From the NCBI GenBank assembly GCA_029261055.1, contig JAJDCA010000068.1:133275-197274 (forward strand): DNA of 64,000 nucleotides, read 5' to 3'. A model generated the notes under the pieces. It was given only the letters and a program-made list of their open reading frames with translations, did not search any database and was not told the origin of the DNA. Every line of letters begins with the position of its first letter. The first letter of the stretch is position 1. Below, piece by piece: positions 56,523 to 64,000 of this stretch. The position numbers and the translations under genes are program-made. Origin of the DNA: Candidatus Omnitrophota bacterium (GTDB lineage: Bacteria > Omnitrophota > Gorgyraeia > Zapsychrales > Zapsychraceae).

Positions 56523-56768
56523 CTACACTTCTTTTGCACATTTGTAACCGTCTATGGCAAATGCAACTATGTAAAAAACACCCGATAGAATTACCCATGG
56601 ATTTTCTAAAATCAAGGATGCTTCAGAATCAGTAAAAAGCCAAACATAAGAAAGCACCTCACCAATAATTAATAATGCTCCGAATAAAATTCGTTTGCCA
56701 ACATAAATATATCCTAATCCAACCAGCAAAATGTTTAATACTGCAGCAAGCCACGGCTTTTTTTTCAT
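56523..56768 (-). CDS. Small membrane protein (TM2-like: K.PWLAA.LN....GLG.IYVG)
   Basis: 81 aa, 2-3 TM segments, AGGAG RBS. Confidence 0.65.
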   Translation of the reverse strand: MKKKPWLAAVLNILLVGLGYIYVGKRILFGALLIIGEVLSYVWLFTDSEASLILENPWVILSGVFYIVAFAIDGYKCAKEV

Positions 56769-56816
56769 ATTATCTTATCTCCTGCTTTATTTCAGATATC
56801 TAATGAAGAATCGTTC

Positions 56817-57014
56817 CTATTGCACAAATAACAAAATAAACGCCAATAATACAATTAAAACCAAAACAATCCAAATAATTTTCGGACTTGGATACCGAAT
56901 TTTCCCAATCGGCCCTTTACTCGACCGCCGCAAACTCCCCCCACAAAAATGACACAACAACGCATCATCGTCATAAATAGGATTTTTGCAGTTTGGACAA
57001 ATAAATTCGCTCAT
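56817..57014 (-). CDS. Small zinc-ribbon protein with C-terminal membrane anchor
   Basis: CPNC...CHFCG followed by a hydrophobic tail. Confidence 0.65.
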   Translation of the reverse strand: MSEFICPNCKNPIYDDDALLCHFCGGSLRRSSKGPIGKIRYPSPKIIWIVLVLIVLLAFILLFVQ

Positions 57015-57092
57015 CGCAGGCGCACATTATGCCATCAGAATAATTGAGAGTCAAAGATATTTATCGAGTGGAATAAATGCTGTTTTTGATTC

Positions 57093-57156
57093 AGATAACG
57101 CTTGAGTTCACCAATGTAAACCGCAAACAAACGTCCAGTGAAGTGATTGGATACGT
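57093..57156 (-). other. Degenerate integron attC-like site
   Basis: Minus strand just after the ORF stop: ACGTATC-CAATC-ACTTCACT-GGAC...TT-GGTGAAC-TCAAGC-GTTATCT; box spacing fits R''-L''-L'-R', but R'' has TATC instead of TAAC. Confidence 0.4.
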
Positions 57157-57160
57157 ATAC

Positions 57161-57814
57161 TTATGGAATCTTCGACGGTTTCACTTCCCCCCGCAAAGCT
57201 TTCTGACTAACTTCTTTAATTTGCTTCTCCATTTTCAACAATTTGTCATGCTGATATTCATCAGAATTAAAATAACTATTAAGGCTTCTACGAAGAACAA
57301 TACTAATCGCTATTGCTGCAGCACAGTTATTCCGAACAGTACTAACAAACTCATCATTTTGCGAATCTCTCTTGAAATGAACACTAAATAAATAATCACT
57401 GTAAGTATCTAGCGATTGGTTAAGCGTATCCATACTTTCAATGTAGGACTTAATCAGCGACACTTTATGGAATGGAAGCAATTTGAACAAATTACCATCC
57501 TCGAAGGCTATTCTTGCTGCCGTACTATCGACACGCTTTATACTAAAACACATTGAATTGATGTTAGAATATACCTTCAATACTTCGTGTGCTATAGAAC
57601 CATTGTATTGTGACTCTAGTACAACAAGATGCAGCCTGTGTTTTGTAATTTTATCCTGATAATTTTGATGCCAAAAATCATTTAGCCAAAAGGCAACAAG
57701 GACTCCCAGCATTGTTGCAACAAATGAAATAAGAAAATCCCGGTTACTAATAAATCTCCATAATAGTTTACACTTTTTAATAACAGTCGATATTCTCATT
57801 GTCATTCTTTTCAT
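57161..57814 (-). CDS. Hypothetical protein with one N-terminal TM helix
   Basis: 217-aa ORF with hydrophobic segment FLISFVATMLGVLVAFWL and a helical C-domain; no recognised motif. Confidence 0.6.
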   Translation of the reverse strand: MKRMTMRISTVIKKCKLLWRFISNRDFLISFVATMLGVLVAFWLNDFWHQNYQDKITKHRLHLVVLESQYNGSIAHEVLKVYSNINSMCFSIKRVDSTAARIAFEDGNLFKLLPFHKVSLIKSYIESMDTLNQSLDTYSDYLFSVHFKRDSQNDEFVSTVRNNCAAAIAISIVLRRSLNSYFNSDEYQHDKLLKMEKQIKEVSQKALRGEVKPSKIP

Positions 57815-58163
57815 TTAATAATTACTCTGTGTCTGCCCCGTTTTTTTTCCACTTAGGACACCTCTGGATAAAACCACTTAATTTCCCCATCATTCTACTC
57901 ATTAATACATTATGCAACAACAAATAACTTCAGTCTATCCTGGTGATCTTCCGAATCATAACTATGCCTAATTTGTATGCTTTCCTCGAATTCTCAAACG
58001 ACAATAGCAAAATTCCATGATTACCCCATTCATTACCCTATTACAAGAATTATTACCCCATTAACCCATCCCGAACTTCGTCACCCACATTTTTTGGCAA
58101 GACATTAAAAAAAATGTTATCCTTTATGTATCTTTCTTTAATATTAGTAAGAATTTATTTTTT

Positions 58164-60551
58164 ATGAAAAATGCACCTCACAATTTATCCAGCCGGTTTG
58201 TGGCTGTAATTACGGTAATTAGCTTTCTATTTAGCATGTTACTACCGTCTCATTCCTCCTACGCCCAAACATCACCGGCTAAATTTAATTTGCCGGCGTC
58301 CGGAACGCTTGTTTCTCTAAGCCAAGACTTCAATCCTGCTGTTATTAAAGGGCTTAAGGTTTTTCCGGACAATCCGTTTCGATTCGATTTTGTGATGGAT
58401 ACGGCAGATTCTGCTTTGGAAGGAGACCATCTTAAGCAAGAATCCGAACGGCTCATCAAATACTTCCTAGCCGCGCTTACAGTGCCGGAAGACGACCTTT
58501 GGGTCAATCTCAGCCCTTATGAGGCTGACCGCATTATCCCCGAAGCCTTTGGCCAAACTGAAATGGGCCGAGACCTCCTGGCACAAGACTTTATCCTCAA
58601 ACAGCTCACCGCCAGCTTGATGTACCCTGAAGATGAATTAGGTGAAAAATTCTGGGACCGCGTGTATGAAAAAGCCCATGCAGAATACGGCCATACGGAT
58701 ATCCCGGTCAACACCTTCAACAAAGTCTGGATTGTCCCGGAAAAGGCGGTGGTGTATGAAAATGCAAAAACTAATACCGCGTTTGTGATGGAAAGCAGAC
58801 TTAAGGTGATGTTGGAAGAGGACTACGAAGCGTTGAACAAAAATAAAATCAACGCTGAGTCCCGAGCAACCTCTGGTGAAGACCAGTTGCGAGGGATCTC
58901 CACGAATATTATCCGCGAAGTGATCATCCCCGCCATAGAACACGAAGTCAACGAAGGGACTCATTTTGCCAAACTCCGCCAAATCTACCATTCCATGATC
59001 CTCGCGACGTGGTTTAAGCGTAACCTAAAACAAAATCTACTCAACAAAATGTATGTCGACCAAAATAAAATCCCCGGTGTTGACATCGAAGACACACAGG
59101 CCAAACAAAAAATCTACAATAAGTACCTCCAAGCCTTCAAAACAGGCGCCTACGATTACATCAAAGAAGAATACGACCCCGCAACGCAGCAAATCATCCC
59201 TAAAAAATATTTCTCAGGAGGAATTCAAGGGCTTAAATTTTCCGATGATGCTATGATTGAAACAGCTCAAAATAATATTTTTGATAAAGATACTTTAACC
59301 CATACGAAATATGTGCACATTAAAGGCGGCTTACTAAGCATTACTCCCAATAAATCAAAAGACAAAGCAACCCTGAGTTCTACCGTTAATAAAACCAATC
59401 ACAATCAACCAAAAATCAGCGTTATTATTCCTAGTTACAATATGGGGAAGACCTTAGAAAAAGCAATAAATAGCGTTTTAAGGCAGACAAACAAAAATAC
59501 TGAAATCATTATTGTGGATGACGGATCGAAAGACAATACAGCAGACGTGATGAGTAGAATTATTCAAGCACACCCCAATATCATTTACATAAAAATGAAA
59601 AAAAACGGAGGCAGATCAGTTGCTTTAAACCATGCTCTAAATCTATTTACCGGTGAATACGTAGCATTCCTTGATGCCGATGATACATTTCCTGACGATA
59701 GTTTAGAGGTACGCTTAAAAGATTTCCAAGATAATCCTGATGTAGATTTTATTTACACGTCTTCCGTTAATCAAACAAACGGTGTAACACGGAGCGTTAA
59801 AAAAGTCAGGTCCATGGAAAGTTCAAGACAACTAGCCATCGCAGCATTGACAGAACTAACAACTCCAACGGCCGTGCCTACATTGATGTATAAAAGAGCC
59901 ATCTTTGATAAAACTAACCCACAACACATTCGATTTGACCCTACAGTGAGGAGATCTCAAGATTACGAATTATTATTTCAGCTTGCTGAAAAAGGATACA
60001 AATCAAAATCTCTTGATAAAATTACGTACAACTATTCACAAGATTATCACGATTTAAAAACAAGACTTAAAAATAGATTATTGACTGTAAAACCGCATAT
60101 AAAAATAACATTACGCTATGAAAAAAACTTTTTTCGTAGAATTTATTATTTTTTACTCATCTTTCGAGAAACTGCACTTAAACTTATCTGGGAGGCTATT
60201 TTCGAAAATAATGATTTTGGGCTTGATAAAAATGCAAAGAATTTAGATAAGTCTGCTCTGACCAAAAAAACCGGCGCCGATCTTGCATTATTAACGACCC
60301 CTGGAGGGATTGACCTTACACCCAATAACCTCGACCTTCAGACCCAAGGCCAAGGCGGGGATTTTGACTTTCCGTTTGCCGAGATTCCCTGTCTAGATGA
60401 TGATACGAAAGGGGCTTGCGAACGAATTAATATTGAAGAACTTGAAAACATGGACATTAACGGTCTGTCTCCTGTGATCTTCCAAATCATACCTATGCCC
60501 AATTTGCATGATTTTCTCGGCCTTGCGAATGATAATGACACAGTTTCCTGA
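58164..60551 (+). CDS. Secreted modular protein: conserved-looking N-terminal carrier domain + GT2 glycosyltransferase + PGGIDL C-terminal domain
   Basis: Signal peptide ending SYA; N-domain (PDNPFRFDF, LIKYFLAAL, DLWVNLSPYE, MGRDLLAQD..LKQLTASL.YPE, KVWIVP, KYFSGG); GT2 (ISVIIPSYN, VDDGSKD, FLDADD); C-domain (PGGIDLTP...GLSPVIFQI.P....FLGL). Confidence 0.8.
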   Translation: MKNAPHNLSSRFVAVITVISFLFSMLLPSHSSYAQTSPAKFNLPASGTLVSLSQDFNPAVIKGLKVFPDNPFRFDFVMDTADSALEGDHLKQESERLIKYFLAALTVPEDDLWVNLSPYEADRIIPEAFGQTEMGRDLLAQDFILKQLTASLMYPEDELGEKFWDRVYEKAHAEYGHTDIPVNTFNKVWIVPEKAVVYENAKTNTAFVMESRLKVMLEEDYEALNKNKINAESRATSGEDQLRGISTNIIREVIIPAIEHEVNEGTHFAKLRQIYHSMILATWFKRNLKQNLLNKMYVDQNKIPGVDIEDTQAKQKIYNKYLQAFKTGAYDYIKEEYDPATQQIIPKKYFSGGIQGLKFSDDAMIETAQNNIFDKDTLTHTKYVHIKGGLLSITPNKSKDKATLSSTVNKTNHNQPKISVIIPSYNMGKTLEKAINSVLRQTNKNTEIIIVDDGSKDNTADVMSRIIQAHPNIIYIKMKKNGGRSVALNHALNLFTGEYVAFLDADDTFPDDSLEVRLKDFQDNPDVDFIYTSSVNQTNGVTRSVKKVRSMESSRQLAIAALTELTTPTAVPTLMYKRAIFDKTNPQHIRFDPTVRRSQDYELLFQLAEKGYKSKSLDKITYNYSQDYHDLKTRLKNRLLTVKPHIKITLRYEKNFFRRIYYFLLIFRETALKLIWEAIFENNDFGLDKNAKNLDKSALTKKTGADLALLTTPGGIDLTPNNLDLQTQGQGGDFDFPFAEIPCLDDDTKGACERINIEELENMDINGLSPVIFQIIPMPNLHDFLGLANDNDTVS

Positions 60552-60625
60552 GAATATTTAAATTATTCCCCTCCCTCATTATTTTCATTTGCATTTTGAA
60601 AACAACTGGTCTAATATTATCCATC

Positions 60626-61600
60626 ATGAAAATACAGCTAAATGGAACAAATAAAGAGTACGTCGCCTCCCAGAATTTGAAACAATTGATTACCCAAAAT
60701 TGCAAAACGCCTACCGGGATTATTGCGGAAATTAATGGTGACATTGTCAAAGCCCCTCAATGGGAAGAAACGGTGATCAAAGACGGGGATACTGTGGAAC
60801 TGATTGCTTTTGTTGGGGGCGGATGTGGACCTGATATACCTTTAACTATTGCGGATAAAACCTTTACCAGTCGATTTTTTCTCGGTACTGGGAAGTTTAA
60901 AAATAAAACGGATCTCAGCGAAAGTATTACGGCTTCCGGCACAGAAATCGTGACCGTTGCCCTTCGCCGTATTGACTTGGAACGTCACGAAGAAAATATT
61001 CTGGAATACATTCCTAAAAATGTCACTTTATTAACCAATACCTCTGGTGCCCGTACCGCAGACGAAGCGATTCGCCTGGCCCGCCTGGCTCGTGAATCTG
61101 GTTATGGTAACTGGGTTAAAATTGAAGTCATCAATGACTCTAAATATCTATTGCCGGACAATCAAGAAACAATCAAGGCTACCGCAATTCTAGCTAAAGA
61201 AGGATTTGTAGTATTACCGTATGTAACGGCGGATCTGTATGTCGCTCGGGAGTTGGTCAAAGTTGGTGCAGCCACCATCATGCCATTAGGTTCACTCATC
61301 GGCAGCAATCAAGGATTAAAGGCTAAGGAATTTATTAAAGTCCTCATTCAAGAAATTGATATCCCTATCGTTGTGGATGCCGGCATAGGGGCTCCATCGC
61401 AGGCGGCGGAAGCTATGGAACTGGGCGCTGATGCTGTATTAGTTAATACAGCCGTGGCCACGGCAGAACATCCTGCCTTACTCGCCGAAGCCTTTGCCAT
61501 GGCCGTTAAAGCAGGACGTAAAGGTTTCTTAAGTAATCTTCCCGCACAAAAAGACATGGCTAATGCTTCGTCTCCTTTGACGGGATTTCTTTATGAATAA
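60626..61600 (+). CDS. thiG: Fused sulfur carrier ThiS - thiazole synthase ThiG
   Basis: MKIQLNG...AE.NG.IV....W....I.DGD.VE...FVGGG continues without a stop into SRFFLGTGKF, TVALRR, NTSGA, W.KIEV, MPLGS.IGS, DAGIG.PS, ASSP. Confidence 0.92.
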   Translation: MKIQLNGTNKEYVASQNLKQLITQNCKTPTGIIAEINGDIVKAPQWEETVIKDGDTVELIAFVGGGCGPDIPLTIADKTFTSRFFLGTGKFKNKTDLSESITASGTEIVTVALRRIDLERHEENILEYIPKNVTLLTNTSGARTADEAIRLARLARESGYGNWVKIEVINDSKYLLPDNQETIKATAILAKEGFVVLPYVTADLYVARELVKVGAATIMPLGSLIGSNQGLKAKEFIKVLIQEIDIPIVVDAGIGAPSQAAEAMELGADAVLVNTAVATAEHPALLAEAFAMAVKAGRKGFLSNLPAQKDMANASSPLTGFLYE

Positions 61601-61603
61601 ACT

Positions 61604-62626
61604 ATGATCACCCTTTCTGAAATCCAAAATACTCTTGATAACTCCGACCCGGCGTTTACCGAACAATTAGCCCAAAAAGCCCAGAGCCTTACAGAACAAT
61701 ATTTTGGCCGGACCATTTCTCTTTACGCTCCCATCTACCTTTCCAATTATTGCAGCAGCCATTGCACTTACTGCGGATTCAATAGTCACAATCGTATTGA
61801 ACGCATGAAACTTACCGCTGAGCAAATGCATAAAGAAATGGCGCATGTCGCGCAAACCGGCATTGAAAATATTTTATTGCTTACTGGAGAATCTTACAAA
61901 GCAACCCCACCTTCTTATCTAAAAGAAGCCGTCTACATTGCCAAACAATATTTTACAAGCATAAGCCTGGAAGTTCATCCGATGGATACCGATGAATATC
62001 ACGAACTGTTTCTTTCCGGCGTGGACGGCATTGCGATTTATCAAGAAACATACGATCGTAACCGTTATGCCGAAGTTCACCTGAGCGGAAAAAAGAAAGA
62101 TTATGATTATCGCTGCACAACCCCGCAACGTATTGCACAATCAGGGATACGGCAAATCTCCATGGGCATTCTCCTCGGCCTCAGCACGCCTGCCGAAGAT
62201 CTCTTAGCGTTGTACACGCATTTACGCACAATGGAAAAAGACTATCCTGGCGTCGAATACAGCCTCTCTTTCCCACGCTTACGTAAAATCAAAGGCGAGG
62301 CGTATGCCTTAAGCCCTATTGACGACATCACCTTAATCAAAATAATTTGCCTCACCCGAACACTTTTTCCACGCGTCGGAATCAACTTATCCACACGGGA
62401 AAATGCTGCTCTACGTGATCATGCGATTAAACTTGGTATTACGCGCATCTCCGCCGGATCCAACACATCTGTTGGCGGTTATGATTTAAAAGATTCTAAA
62501 GATCAAGATCCTCAATTTGATATTGCCGATACCCGTTCCGTTGAAGATATGATTCAATATTTAAAACATGAAAACTTTGATCCTATTCTCACAGACTGGC
62601 GACCTGTAGAAACCGAAAACGTTTAA
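61604..62626 (+). CDS. thiH: 2-iminoacetate synthase (tyrosine lyase, radical SAM)
   Basis: LYAPIYLSNYCSSHCTYCGF, LLLTGE, YQETY, K.DY.YR, SFPRLR, LSTRE, SAGSNTSVGGY, QF.I.D.R. Confidence 0.93.
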   Translation: MITLSEIQNTLDNSDPAFTEQLAQKAQSLTEQYFGRTISLYAPIYLSNYCSSHCTYCGFNSHNRIERMKLTAEQMHKEMAHVAQTGIENILLLTGESYKATPPSYLKEAVYIAKQYFTSISLEVHPMDTDEYHELFLSGVDGIAIYQETYDRNRYAEVHLSGKKKDYDYRCTTPQRIAQSGIRQISMGILLGLSTPAEDLLALYTHLRTMEKDYPGVEYSLSFPRLRKIKGEAYALSPIDDITLIKIICLTRTLFPRVGINLSTRENAALRDHAIKLGITRISAGSNTSVGGYDLKDSKDQDPQFDIADTRSVEDMIQYLKHENFDPILTDWRPVETENV

Positions 62627-62642
62627 TGACCCCATACAAAAA

Positions 62643-62987
62643 ATGACTCTACTAAAAAATATTCTTAATTGGATTCTTCCAAACACACAAAACAAAACTT
62701 CTACTCGATCAAAAGAAGAACAAGACCTTATGGACCAAAAAACAGCCTCTCTGGCCCTTTATCATTTCGCCACCTGCCCTTATTGCCTCAAAGTCCGGCA
62801 TGCAATAAAACAATTGAATCTTAATATTGAATTACGTGATACCAGACAAAACAAAACATTTGCCGAAGAATTAATTCAAAGCGGAGGGAAACGACAAGTC
62901 CCCTGCTTAAGAATCACCAAAGACGATGAAAGCGTGCAGTGGATGTATGAGTCGTCGGATATTATCGACTATCTTCAAAAACAATAA
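62643..62987 (+). CDS. Glutaredoxin-like / GST N-terminal domain protein
   Basis: LYH...CPYC.KVR, GGK.QVPCL.I, WMYES.DII.YL. Confidence 0.88.
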   Translation: MTLLKNILNWILPNTQNKTSTRSKEEQDLMDQKTASLALYHFATCPYCLKVRHAIKQLNLNIELRDTRQNKTFAEELIQSGGKRQVPCLRITKDDESVQWMYESSDIIDYLQKQ

Positions 62988-62991
62988 TCTC

Positions 62992-63049
62992 AACCGTAAA
63001 CGAACCTCGTAGGTTCGGGAATCCGAACCTACGAGGTTCGTTTACGGTT
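62992..63049. repeat. Perfect REP doublet (RAYT-associated family) between convergent grx and radC
   Basis: AACCGTAAACGAACCTCGTAGGTTCGG-GAAT-CCGAACCTACGAGGTTCGTTTACGGTT (27-bp perfect arms). Confidence 0.9.
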
Positions 63050-63749
63050 AAAGCAGTCCTTCATCTAAAAAGCTGTAATATTTATTATCCCCAATAATCA
63101 CATGATCCAACAACGGAACTTGCATTATTTTTCCGGCTTTGTGGAGCTCTTCGGTGAAGTATTTATCCTGCGGACTTGGAGTTACACTCCCGGAGGGGTG
63201 GTTATGGACACAAATCAAAGCAATAGCAAAATGCTGCAAAGCTTTTTGGAAAATTTCACGGATAAAAGGATTAACCTGATCAACGGTGCCTTCGGCCTCA
63301 TCAATAATCGTGATGATTTCATGTTGCCTGTTCAGAAATACTAGTTTAAAAACTTCTCGTTTCAAATCCCGCATACGCGGCATGAGAATTTCAACAATTT
63401 CTGTAGCAGATTCAATCTTACGCGGTTTTTCCCGAATTTCATTTTCCCGGAACCGACGTCCGATTTCAATGGCTGCCTTAATCTGTGCAATTTTAGCGGC
63501 CCCCAACCCTTTAAACCGCCGCCACTGCGCTACATCCACATCACTCATATTCCGAAATGTCTTAAATTCATGAAGCATGCTACGCGCCAAATCAATAGCA
63601 CTGTTACCTTTTGTCCCGGTCCTCAACAAAATTGCTAAAAGCTCCGAATTACTTAATGTATGCTCCCCATCCCTTAATAACTTCTCTCGCGGCCTATCCT
63701 CGACCGGCCATTCATTAATCGCACTAACATAATGCCCTATTTTTTCCAT
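63048..63749 (-). CDS. radC: RadC-family JAB/MPN domain protein
   Basis: WP.EDRPREKL...G...LS..ELLAILLRTG, G.G.AK, HNHPSG...PS..D, LLDHVIIG. Start moved to ATG 63749 (GAGGGG RBS). Confidence 0.93.
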   Translation of the reverse strand: MEKIGHYVSAINEWPVEDRPREKLLRDGEHTLSNSELLAILLRTGTKGNSAIDLARSMLHEFKTFRNMSDVDVAQWRRFKGLGAAKIAQIKAAIEIGRRFRENEIREKPRKIESATEIVEILMPRMRDLKREVFKLVFLNRQHEIITIIDEAEGTVDQVNPFIREIFQKALQHFAIALICVHNHPSGSVTPSPQDKYFTEELHKAGKIMQVPLLDHVIIGDNKYYSFLDEGLL

Positions 63750-63765
63750 AGCTTCCCCTCTTTTA

Positions 63766-63860
63766 AAGATGCAGAGAAGCATAGGAATAAGATGCAAAGA
63801 AAAAAATAAATTAATTACTTTTTATCTCTCTACTTCTTACTTCTATGCTTCTTTCTTCTT
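63766..63860. repeat. Degenerate heptamer (AGAAGCA-like) array followed by its complement
   Basis: AGATGCA-GAGAAGC-ATAGGAATAAGATGCA ... TCTCTACTTCTTACTTCTATGCTTCT; same family as 49329..49488. Confidence 0.6.
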
Positions 63861-64000
63861 CATAGTGAGACTTCTAAAGGGATGAGAACCGGGTGGGGAA
63901 AAATTATCTTACACAAACATGCGGAAGTAGTAAATAATTTTTTTACCTCTTACCACTTAACAAGCATTTTCCGAATTTCCTGCTGACAATTTTTTGTCTT

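Noticed and set aside
57829-57848. GTGTCTGCCCCG-T8 motif upstream of the orphan gene, reminiscent of a repeat end
   Set aside because: Single copy in the window with no partner
58020-58080. Loose TTACCCCA octamer repeats upstream of the carrier-cargo gene
   Set aside because: Few, irregular and degenerate copies; no supportable function
60552-60625. TPP riboswitch before thiS-thiG
   Set aside because: Gap is only 74 bp, AT-rich, and lacks the CTGAGA core in a foldable context
63048-63749. RadC JAB domain as the protease that frees ThiS from ThiG
   Set aside because: It is a canonical full-length RadC, convergently transcribed, and RadC has no established sulfur-carrier processing role
1-64000. 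tRNA/rRNA genes, prophage, integrase
   Set aside because: No cloverleaf with T-loop/CCA, rRNA signature, phage structural gene or recombinase recognised by eye

Overview
AT-rich bacterial chromosomal window, with most genes on the minus strand. The lineage is tentatively Candidatus Omnitrophota/PVC, inferred only from the architecture of the protein at 58164..60551. Layout: (1) 1-14.5 kb is a surface-glycan locus (epimerase, SIS/GmhA, pseB, wHTH regulator with operator, glf, GT2s, methyltransferase, two radical SAM enzymes, a decayed duplicate of one of them, and membrane GT-C-like/TPR proteins). (2) 14.5-33.3 kb is a ~19-kb cobalamin-riboswitch-led corrinoid uptake/salvage/remodelling operon (btuB-exbBD-tonB-btuFCD, a CblC/QueG-like Fe-S protein, cbiA, an inserted vapBC, cobQ, cbiZ, bluB, cobC, cobU, cobT, cobS, cobD, cbiB, cobO, DUF4346), with no corrin-ring synthesis genes in the window. 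(3) 33.4-43.8 kb holds an ExbB-ExbD-TPR-VWA module and a PKD / YfhO-TPR pair. (4) 43.9-64 kb is mostly housekeeping (mtaB, dusB, flavoprotein disulfide reductase, ABC exporter, comEA/comEC split by a RAYT-type Y1 transposase, leuS, thiS-thiG fusion, thiH, radC). The leading candidates for undescribed biology are: a secreted modular carrier protein with a compositionally foreign GT2 cargo delimited by D-x-A-x-[IL] motifs; a diverse set of palindromic elements (at least five families, several translated in frame), several of which share a tandem sheared G.A motif (TGAGC/GCGAA) on unrelated stems; a CblC-like enzyme inside the B12 operon; a TonB-like SxxxH-anchored VWA protein next to an ExbBD motor; and a paralogous TPR module attached to GT-C-like membrane proteins. 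All assignments come from reading motifs by eye; no database searches were run.
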